NCBI GenBank assembly: GCA_977017575.1
Contig: CDRNVI010000009.1
Coordinates: 682,001 to 746,000 of the forward strand
DNA from: Paramoeba atlantica
Taxonomy: Eukaryota; Protista; Discosea
Direction: 5' to 3'
Length of the DNA stretch: 64,000 nucleotides
The notes under the pieces were generated by a model. The model did not search any database. It saw only the letters and a list, made by a program, of their open reading frames with translations, and had not been told where the DNA came from. This document shows positions 53,905 through 63,313 of the stretch, piece by piece. Each line of letters starts with the position of its first letter. Position 1 is the first letter of the stretch. The position numbers and the translations under genes were made by a program.

Positions 53905-54862
53905 ACAGAGAAGAACGGATCAAAAACTCAAGAAAAAACGGGTGCAGTCAATAAAATAACCGAATGCGATGATTATGAGAACATTTTTCTTCAATTTTTT
54001 TTCATGAAAAAATAAAACTTTTAGGGTACATTTTCACCATAGAATACCCAAACAATGTTACACTGAGTATGCGAAAATCTTGATATCCGGAACACACCCA
54101 TATTTTTCAAATTTTTGTTACGCTGAGTACGACAAAAATGTGTTGCACTGAGTATGACAATCCACATACAGTGGACACATACAGTGTGTATAAGTGGGGC
54201 CACGAAAACTGATTAGCCTCGCATTTTAACCTTATGAGGCCGTATGAGCTCATTTTTGTTGCCAACGAAAGATCTCATTCTGAAAAAATTCTACACTATT
54301 TAAAGTACAAAAACATTCGCCGGAAAACGTTTCCAACGAGTCGGAAAACTGAAAATATTAAGATTTTGCAATGTGGAAAATGGGTCTAAAATAGTAATTT
54401 TTCCTGCCTACACTCCAAAAAGTACTCGAAAAGTAGGTCTTCATACCCAGTATTCCCACCTCCACGCTCGCATTGTAAATTTACAACGAGGCGCGTGGGA
54501 ATATTCTATAACGTGTTCATACACGTATACGCTTCGTGACACTCGTTCAAAAAAACGCACTCCCAGAGACAGAGCTCTCCGAGAGACGGTTCATCATGCG
54601 TGCTGTATCGGCAGTAGTTATCACGCGGTCTTTCGTATGCGTAGAGAATGCGAACAGGATAAGAACACTTTTCTGGGGATAACTGGCGGCATATTTTTTG
54701 CGATACGAATTTTTGTACTAACTTTCGCCGCCGTTGAAATTCTCCTGCAATGGAGAGTCTCCAGGTAGTCCCTTTGAGCGTTCAAAAATCATCACCGCTG
54801 CTGATGTTGTTGAATGATTTCGCCGCTGTTGAAATTCTCCTGCAATGGAGAGTCTGCAGGTA

Positions 54863-55175
54863 CCGTAGACCCCCCCAGTAATAGACTGCCTCCAGTAACA
54901 AGGATTTGACCCTTTCTCGGCTGACCCCCAGTAACAAGGATTTGTCTCGGGAGGGTCGTTGGAGGGGGGAGGGGGTGTTTGGCCGGGTAGGGGTGTTTGG
55001 GCGGGGTGAGGGCGGTTGCGAGGGAGGGAATCGCGTGGTTGCGGGGTTGGATGGTCTGAAAATCAACGCACTAATGAACAAAAAAGGTCCTTTCTCACCC
55101 AAAAAGTATACCCCCCAGTAACAAGGATTTGGCCATTTTGGTCCAAAATGGATTCTATTACTGGGGGGTCTACGG
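54863..55175. mobile_element. MITE-like element with about 22-bp TIRs
   Basis: CCGTAGACCCCCCCAGTAATAGA ... TCTATTACTGGGGGGTCTACGG; internal CCAGTAACAAGGATTT three times; TA present on the left flank only. Confidence 0.65.
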
Positions 55176-55257
55176 CCCTTTGGGCGTTCGAAAATGATTA
55201 CCGGTCTCTTCTGATCCACACTGATCTCCACCGACCTGCACGGCGAATATTTGCATA

Positions 55258-55755
55258 CTATCCAGTGTACTGTACATCAGAGGAGCTCTCCTGCCACCTA
55301 CTGTACGCCTTCGAAATGATCAGTGCACCAGCGTGCGGCACCACCGAGATGTTATTTAGTTCCATAATCTCTCTGCCTTCCTCGTATATAAATATTCGTG
55401 GTGTGCCTCGCCACGTTTCTGCTTGTGGGCTGCCGTCAGTCGGGTACCACTTGATTTCAATGATTACCGGGCGAATGCGCAGGATAGCTGCGATTTCATC
55501 GATTTTGCCCTGTATCTCTTGTCCGGTCAGTGGAGTGGGCATATCCACGTTGGACGATGACGTTTGCTCCGCAGTTTGCGTTGGACGGACCGTTGGTAGT
55601 CGTTGCGCATGAGATGTCGGACGCGGCGGTTCTGAAACGGTATCCGCAGGCCTGTATTGTTGCGCAACGCTATGTTCCTGAATTCGTTGTTGCAGCTCAC
55701 ACGCTCGTGTGGCAGCGTGTTCTGCGGAGATGGAAATGGCGACATTAAGACGAGG
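55258..55755 (-). pseudogene. Start-less ORF, possibly a retroelement ORF1-like relic
   Basis: The frame stays open about 165 codons upstream to a TAA near 55757; IEIKWYPTDGSPQAETWRGT resembles protist retroelement N-termini (weak, recalled). Confidence 0.3.
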
Positions 55756-56199
55756 TTAGCAGGAGGATTAAGAGGAGGTTAGCAATTCGCCCAGGAGGAC
55801 TGTACTCATGCAAGTTGGGAGGATAAATTTGAAACTTGCGCAGCGAGCTGCTGTACTATTTGTTCAAGAGAATTCTGCGCTGCTGCCGCTGACTGGATCT
55901 TCTTGATTGGCATTCCTCCGGGCTTTGACTGGAGGCGTCTCCACCTGTCGCGTAGGTCGTGAGGCCCAAGATTTCGGCGATGACGTGCGGGGGGTGCTGG
56001 GGGGAGTTAGGGCTCACCCCGATCCGCGGCTTCTCGTGCTTGCGAGCGGGTGACAATCATTCCTCAAAGTTTTTTAAATGCTGGATACGAAAAATGATGC
56101 TATAATGGCTGAAAAGTGCTTTTTGAAACTGTTCAATGTATCATAATAAATTATGTTTACAATATGAAAATCACTATCGCATGTTAACATATCACACGC

Positions 56200-56320
56200 C
56201 GCGAAGCGACGCGAAAATTTATTTTACCTCATCATGGCAATTGGGGTAGCCATCCAAAAGGGGAACGCCCAGATAGCGCACGCCGCGGTTCAAAATTGGT
56301 ACCGGAGGGGCGTGCGCTAA
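56200..56320 (+). pseudogene. 3' end relic of a CRE/SLACS-like RLE retroposon
   Basis: RENLFYLIMAIGVAIQKGNAQIAHAAVQNWYRRGVR* contains the A(I/L)Q(R/K)GNA C-terminal motif of RLE non-LTR elements. Confidence 0.65.
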
Positions 56321-56336
56321 CTGGGCCACGGTGAAA

Positions 56337-58222
56337 AAAAATGTCTAATTTCTTGTATAACTACCGCAGGATTGTTAATAAGTCAGTTCGGTAATAATAA
56401 ATGCGGTGGTTGTATAACTACCGCTCTACCCTCGATTATAAAAAAAAAGTGAACAAAAACAGTGAAAATATAAAGAGAAACACAGTAATATAATAGAAGA
56501 AAAAAATATAAAAAGGGGCCCCGGTGGTCCAAAACTGAAAAAAAAAATTCAAAAAAATGTGGGGTCCATGGGGGGGGGGGTATACGTCGCGAATTTTTTT
56601 TCGAATTTTTTGCTTTTTAAAATCGAGCGCAGGGAAGTGGTAGAGTAGGCCGCGGCGATAATTTTCCACCGCCCCCCTGGGGGTACCCCACCCTGGTACA
56701 CGCAGGAGGGGTCCGACAAGGTCAAAATTTCCGAAATTTTTAGGGTGACCAATTGTTTTTTTTTGACCCCAAAAAAAGTAAAAATATTATTATTATCGAC
56801 TCCTAAATCGTATTCGGAGAGTTTGGGACCTCAGCTACCATTCTACGACGCTTTTTTCGACAGAGTCGACTCCTGCCCCTACTGGGAAGGCATCCAAAAC
56901 GGCCCAAATTCGGTGTAAAATTTCGCAATTTTTGCCGAAAAATCGAACTTTTCCCCCAAAAAAGTTGATTATTCATGATCTTTTCACGATTTTTCTTTTT
57001 TAGGCTCTTCGTTAAACGCGGTGGTTTTCAACGCGAAGCGCGCATCATGAGTGACTTCGAAGTTGAAAACGACCACCGCGTTTAACGAAGAGCCTAAAAA
57101 AGAAAATTGATCAATTGCGGTGGTTGTATAACTACCGCTCTACCCTCGATTATTGAAAAGAAAGTGAACAAAAACAGTGAAAATATAAAGGGGAAGACAG
57201 TAATAAATTCTTCTATTATAACAGAAGAAAAATATATAAAAGGGGCTCCGGTGGTCCAAAACCCTTGGGGGGTCCATGAGGGGGCATACCGCACGAATTT
57301 TTTTTTCGAATTTTTTTTTTCGAAACAATTATTTTTGAACAAAATTATTTTTGATAGATTGCGGTCGTTGTAAAACTACCGCTCTACACTCGATTATTGA
57401 AAAAAAAGTGAACAAAAACAGTGAAAATATAAAGGGGAACACAGTAATATAATAGAAGAAAAAAATACAAAAGGGGGCTCCGGTCGTCCAAAACTGAAAA
57501 AAAAAAATTGAAAAAAATGGGGGGTCCAGGGGGGGGTGTCATGGTCGAGCAATTTTTTTCGAAAAAATTAGTTTTCGATAAAAAACCGCAGAAAGGGTAG
57601 CCGGGGTGTTGGCGCGCATTTTCCACGCCCCTACCCGGGGGTGACCCCCCCGCGTATCAGCAGGACGGGTCCGCCAAGTTGGAATTTTTCGGAAAAAAAA
57701 TTTTGAAAAAAAATTCAACTTGGCGAAAAAAATGGCAAAAAAAATATTTTTCCAAAATCGTTTCCCCTATTGTATTTTGATAGTTTGGGACCAACACTAG
57801 CTTTCTACGCCGTTGTTTTCGCAAGGCATTACTTTCTCGAACCGTGGTGCGCCCCTCAAAATGACCCATTTTTGACTAAAAAATGTGAAACCGTATTTTT
57901 CGGACCTTGAGGGGCATTTTTATGTCGAAAGAATGGTATGGTTGGAGTCGTATTCTCTACCTAATACGTTCGGTAGGCTTTCATTCATGCCTACGAGTGA
58001 TTTCCCACGCGCAAATGTCGGATTTAGTGCTCTGACAGCAAAAATACGCGAAAATCACCCCATTTTTACCCAAAATTCGGCTATTTTTGGCTATGATCTT
58101 TCCGTTTTCCAGGCTAAATTTTCTTTTTTAAGCTCTTCGTTAAACGCAGCGGTAGTTTTCAACGCGAAGCGCGCAGCATGAGTGACTTCTAAGTTGAAAA
58201 CAACCACCGCGTTTAACGAAGA
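56337..58222. repeat. Tandem array of family A (palindrome-headed unit + body + terminal hairpin, about two copies)
   Basis: Units start GCGGTGGTTGTATAACTACCGC at 56403, 57117 and 57361; hairpins at about 56992-57105 and 58115-58222. Confidence 0.85.
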
Positions 58223-59354
58223 CCCACTCGCACATTGATAATGCATAGTTACTGCACATTGATAATGCATAACGTACCGCACATTGATAATGCATATAGC
58301 ACATTAATAATGCATATAGCACATTGATAATGCATATAGCACATTGATAGTGCATACTAAGCGGCACATTGATATTGCATAGTTACTGCACATTGATAAT
58401 GCATATAGCACATTGATAATGCATATAGCACATTGATATTGCATACAGCACATTGATAATGCATACAGCACATTGATAATGCATACAGCACATTGATAAT
58501 GCATACAGCACATTGATGATGCATTGTTTGGAAATTAAAGGTGTTTTCAAGAAATAGTGAACACTCGTCTCTGCTCCCGGTGAGGCCCCGGAGTTGCGAG
58601 AGGCCTCCATACCCCACAACTACCACCTTCCCCCCCTATTTAGCGGGGGTCGCGCGAGCGACCCCTGATAAATGGGGGGAAGGTGGTAGTTGTTTTGGGG
58701 AATATGAGAGGCCGAACGCACGGAGGGGCCGGCCGGGCCAATGAACCCAGACACCATACCCAACCCCTAGCAAAGCCTAGACCTTGTTTACCCGTTTGCA
58801 AGACAAGAATGTGTGTCGTTAGTGGGAAGCAATTTGCGAAGTCGAAAGGCTGTGTGATATTAGTGTAACGCGCATAAGTACATGCCCGTGTATATAAAGG
58901 ACGCACATTTATGGATAAGAATCGGATGTCTTTGTCACTCTTATCAATGTGCTATATGCAATATCAATGTGCTATATGCATTATCAATGTGCTATATGCA
59001 TTATCAATGGGCTATATGCATTATCAATGTGCTATATGCATTATCAATGTGCTATATGCATTATCAATGTGCTATATGCATTATCAATGGGCTATATGCA
59101 TTATCAATGTGCTATATGCATTATCAATGTGCCGCTTAATATGCATTATCAATGTGCCGCTTAGTATGCATTATCAATGTGCTATATGCATTATCAATGT
59201 GCTATATGCATTATCAATGTGCTATATGCATTATCAATGTGCTATATGCATTATCAATGTGCTATATGCATTATCAATGTGCTATATGCAATATCGCTGT
59301 GCTATATGCATTATCAATGTGCCGCTTAGTATGCATTATCAATGTGCGGGCGCC
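58223..59354. mobile_element. Foldback-like element: inverted 20-bp satellite arrays around a 416-bp core
   Basis: Left array 58230-58524 (GCACATTGATAATGCATATA) and right array 58941-59347 (reverse complement); inserted into a family A hairpin arm with AGA duplicated (58220-58222 and 59355-59357). Confidence 0.8.
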
Positions 59355-60446
59355 AGAGCCTAAAAAAGAATTATTAATATATTATCAAAATTTTTTATTG
59401 GGCTTTAACACTCAGATTTCTCGCTCTTAATTTTGTATCAAACAATATTTTCATCCCGAAAAGGAGCATTGATGGGGATCTCCTTATGGAGTCGATGATG
59501 ATGCTTCCAGCATCATTATATACACCTCAACCTACGCGGGAAGTAGGTAGGAGCCTACGCCTGACGCAGGTAAATGGGCTGTACCAACGACAACTCCTTA
59601 TGAAGTGCTGATACCGAGGGCCGGGAAATGCCAAACTCTGTATTTGTGTGATGTGTAAAATGAGCTTTCTGGATCTCCTCGCAGTTTTCCCTGGTACTGC
59701 CACCATACTGCTGCAAATGACGCCGACCACATGTCGGGGCTCCTCCACATGCGAGGGGCTCCTCGTGTGTCACTCGCAGCCGCTCGTATAAATGCATATT
59801 GAATTATTAATAATATTAATGGGTACAGACCACTTATATTGCACCCACTTTCAAAATAATGATATGAATGCATTGAAATGTTTTCTTGCGCAGCGTAACT
59901 TCACACACTTTATCTCATTTCCTCCTTCCGCCTACTTTACGTCAAAAAAATGTTGCAGTATGCTTATAGTTCACCACATTACACGTCAAATGCCCATGCG
60001 CAGATAAAATGCCTGCGGGCAGATAAAATGCCACAATAAAAAAGCTTGGCGTCAGTGCCACATGGCAGTGGCGGGGAAGACCGCTAGGAGGTCCCATGTT
60101 GGACCATGCTGCCCCATGTTAGGGCTGTGGGAAATATTGAGAAGACTCCTAGTTTACCTGTCTGGAGGTAAGGCCCAACTTTGAACGTCTGTGAGCAAAG
60201 CCCAACTGTGGGTGTAGCCCTGAGACAGAATTATATTTTAGCGCCCCCGCGCACTGAAGGGAGTGGGGGCGCGTTCTCAGAACCAACGTTTGTCCCTTCC
60301 GCAGGATTGTGTACTTGTTTCCCTATGTTGTGTGACCGGGCGTGTGATCCAGTAGCTTTTTAGGTTATGCTGTCCACTTCAACTCTGTGGCACAGTTTGA
60401 CCCAAAAAATAGAAAAGTGGGTGCAATATAAGTGGGCATTACCCAT

Positions 60447-61383
60447 ATTAATAAACCCCCCACAGCGAATAAGTCACCCCCCTCTTTTTTTGGTACAACG
60501 AGGCTTAGGGGGGTTGCTGCACAACTTTTTCGTTCAAAATTTTGAGATCCGCACGTTCCCGCTGTTTTTAGACCTCTTCACAGATAACAAATTAAAACTC
60601 ATTTTTTTAATGAAGTTTTTGCATAGTCTTGCCAACATTACCTGAAAAATCTCATGTTCCTCGACCAGGGGGGGAGAAGGGGGTCAACATGAAAATGGTG
60701 TCACAGATCTTCGCTAGGGGAACGCGATCTCTCGATTGCAACAAAAATGATCATAAACAGATAACAAACATTCAATTTGTCACGTGGTGGAATATTTGTC
60801 TTTGATTGGTTCTTTCTTGAAACAGTGATAAATCAACTTTTTTAAGCTGTCCCCTTTACTTTTTGCTTGAAGGGGCCTAAGGGGGTTAGGATATCATTTT
60901 CTCGTTCAAAATTCTGAGATCTACACGTTCCCACCATTTTTAGATCATTTTAGAAACTGAAAAAAAAAATTGTTTTTAGGTTCTATTTTTTTGCATCGTC
61001 ATACCACACTAATTTAAGAAAACAAACACTCTGCGGACAGGGGGCACAAGTGGGTCAATATTAAAAATAGCGGCAAAGATCTTTGCTAGGAGAACGAGAT
61101 CTCTCGTTTGCAACAAAAATCAGCAAAAACGGACAGAAATAATTGATTTCCTCATGGGAGGAGAATATTTAATTAGTTAAAGTGTGAGAAATTGGTCTCT
61201 TGAAAAACGTGAAGAAAGTGATAATCCATCTATGGGATGCACGCATTTGAGAGTTTTGGTTCCATGCTATAACGCGCAAAATCTTTGTGTTGGGAACAGC
61301 AAAATGCAACAAAAATGAACTCAAACGGACACTTGACTGAAAAGTTAGAGAGGGTGACTTTTCGCTGTGGGGGGGTTATTAAT
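60447..61383. mobile_element. TIR element containing two diverged copies of about 370 bp related to the 3902-4665 MITE TIR
   Basis: ATTAATAAACCCCCCACAGCGAATAAGTCACCC vs the reverse complement of 61352-61383; GCTAGG.GAACG.GATCTCTC at 60714 and 61084. Confidence 0.65.
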
Positions 61384-61499
61384 AATATTAATAATTTGAT
61401 TTTTTGAAATAATGATAATTATTATTACAAAAATTATTATTACAGCTATGTTTCGCACAACTCTATTCATCGCTTCATGAAAGCCATAAAATCGTAAAA

Positions 61500-62520
61500 A
61501 AAGACATTCACTCCACACTCCCACAACAAACCAACATATTTTTTCAACCTTCCCCCCATGAAACTCTCCTCGTACACCCTCTACAGTCTCCTCGCCACCC
61601 TGGCCTACATCGTCCACACTGCCTACTCCACCCACCCCACCGCGGCCTACTTCCCCACCGCCCTCGCCCTCACCCGTTCGAAACCCTTTGCCGCGCTCAC
61701 CGCCAACAACGCCCTCCTCGCCGCCCTCTGGGGTTTCCTCCTCACCCGTCGCCTTCTGCTCGGAACCGTACGCGACCACGAGGGGGAGGGGGTCGCGGAC
61801 ACCGTCACCCTCCACGCCCTGCAATCCCTCTTCGCGCTGTCCTATTTCGATTTCCACCTTACCGCAGGTCTCGCCGCGGTGCTTCTCGGGACCGCATTCG
61901 CGAAAGCGCTCCATTTGCTCGCGCACGCCCGGGGCGACACGATTGAGTCCAGTGCGGAGACCAACCCGCGGGAGGTGTTGCGGCTATCCCTGTGTTTGAG
62001 TTTTCTTCTCCATGCCGCGGTGCGGATGTTGCTGTACGCCACGGAGGTGATTCGAAACGAGGGGTGCTGTGTGTGGGTGGTGATAGCCCTGGATTGGGCC
62101 CTGATGTTGGTGGCCGCGACCGGGATCTCATTAAGGCTGATGTTGCACATCGCGGATCGAAGATTTCACCGTTCAAGTATTGCCGCGAAGTATTATCTTA
62201 CGTTAGGGTGTACCTTAGTGGCGTGTGTGCTGGAGCTTGTGTTTTTTGCGGTGCTGTTCCAGCATGTTGGGGTTCCGGTGCATTTACTGCGGGAGCTTTA
62301 TCTAACGATTCGTGGCCTGATGCAGACCCTGCGACGGGTGTTGGTGTATCGCACGCATTGTAGGGTTGTGCGGGAGTGTGAGGTTCCGCAGGAGGATGAG
62401 ATTGCAAAGGATCCGAGTTGTGTGATATGTATGGAGGAGATGACCGGGGGAGGGGTATCTGGGAGCTGTACCACACGAAAGCTTCCGTGTGGTCATGTGC
62501 TACACACGGAGTGCTTGTAC
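61500..62520. other. Skew-switch island 6 (switch near 61950)
   Basis: C-rich 61500-61870 and G/T-rich 61960-62500 within HRD1. Confidence 0.8.
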
Positions 62521-63066
62521 CGTTTCGTCGAGAAAGATCAGAATTGTCCAATATGTAGGCGTGACTTTGTGAGTGTGGCGTTAGAAAAGATGAGACGCAA
62601 GAAACGGCCAGTCGTCCGCATACGGAGGGACTGGACGCAGCAAGTGTCGGAAAGTCAGCAAAGTCAGGTGCCGAAAAAAATGGACGCACAGCAGTCTTAC
62701 GCATCGAATGTTGAGGATATGGAAGCAGCGTATCAGGAATATTTAGCGAGAATGAACAACAGAACAGGTACCTCGCTGACAGAAACGGAACCTGTAAAGG
62801 ACTCCGCTTTGCACGATGTGCCGAATCATTTTTCACTTTCTGCTACAGAAAGAGAGGCTATTCTACGAAATATTGAGACCTCGGTAGATCATGATAGTAT
62901 TCTTATTAAGAAGAGTAATCCTGAAGAATCGTTATCAATGATACTGCCCCGGAACGAAGCCACGGCTGCCGCATACAGGATATTTTACTCTGATCTTAGC
63001 GGGGCGTTTGGAAAATTAGAAGCCTCACTCCGAACTAGTCGATCAGATGACAGAACTTCCAGTTAG
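61558..63066 (+). CDS. HRD1: HRD1/synoviolin-like ERAD RING-H2 E3 ligase
   Basis: Multi-pass N-terminus; CVICMEEM..RKLPCGHVLHTECLYRF..CPICR. Confidence 0.87.
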   Translation: MKLSSYTLYSLLATLAYIVHTAYSTHPTAAYFPTALALTRSKPFAALTANNALLAALWGFLLTRRLLLGTVRDHEGEGVADTVTLHALQSLFALSYFDFHLTAGLAAVLLGTAFAKALHLLAHARGDTIESSAETNPREVLRLSLCLSFLLHAAVRMLLYATEVIRNEGCCVWVVIALDWALMLVAATGISLRLMLHIADRRFHRSSIAAKYYLTLGCTLVACVLELVFFAVLFQHVGVPVHLLRELYLTIRGLMQTLRRVLVYRTHCRVVRECEVPQEDEIAKDPSCVICMEEMTGGGVSGSCTTRKLPCGHVLHTECLYRFVEKDQNCPICRRDFVSVALEKMRRKKRPVVRIRRDWTQQVSESQQSQVPKKMDAQQSYASNVEDMEAAYQEYLARMNNRTGTSLTETEPVKDSALHDVPNHFSLSATEREAILRNIETSVDHDSILIKKSNPEESLSMILPRNEATAAAYRIFYSDLSGAFGKLEASLRTSRSDDRTSS

Positions 63067-63313
63067 GACGTCGAGTAATCATGCACGTTTTTCGTGCTGA
63101 GCTTGCCGAATAAATAATTTTATCGCTTCTTTAATGTATTGAGTACGTTACATTAGTACAACTCCGTATGTACGATTGTATGATGAGGGGTTCCACAATA
63201 TAAATTTCTTTCCCGATGTGGATTTCAAATACATGTGTCGTAGACGGTTGCCTTTTGTTTATTTTGCTTGTCGGCTACGTTTTTTCCAATTCTATATATT
63301 GTGTATATATTGC

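Noticed and set aside
58736-58900. CCAAT (58738) and TATATAAAGG (58891) as a Pol II promoter
   Set aside because: Spacing of about 150 bp is non-canonical, no gene follows, and kinetoplastid protein genes do not use TATA promoters; likely chance.
54782-58940. Endogenous parvovirus/CRESS virus explanation for the hairpins
   Set aside because: No Rep/NS1 (HUH, Walker A) or capsid ORF is present in the window.
58230-59347. CRISPR-like array
   Set aside because: Units are contiguous tandem repeats with no unique spacers, there are no cas genes, and the context is eukaryotic.
58140-59430. ORFs with repeated YALSMC/MHYQCA peptides
   Set aside because: They are translations of the 20-bp satellite, which lacks stops in several frames.
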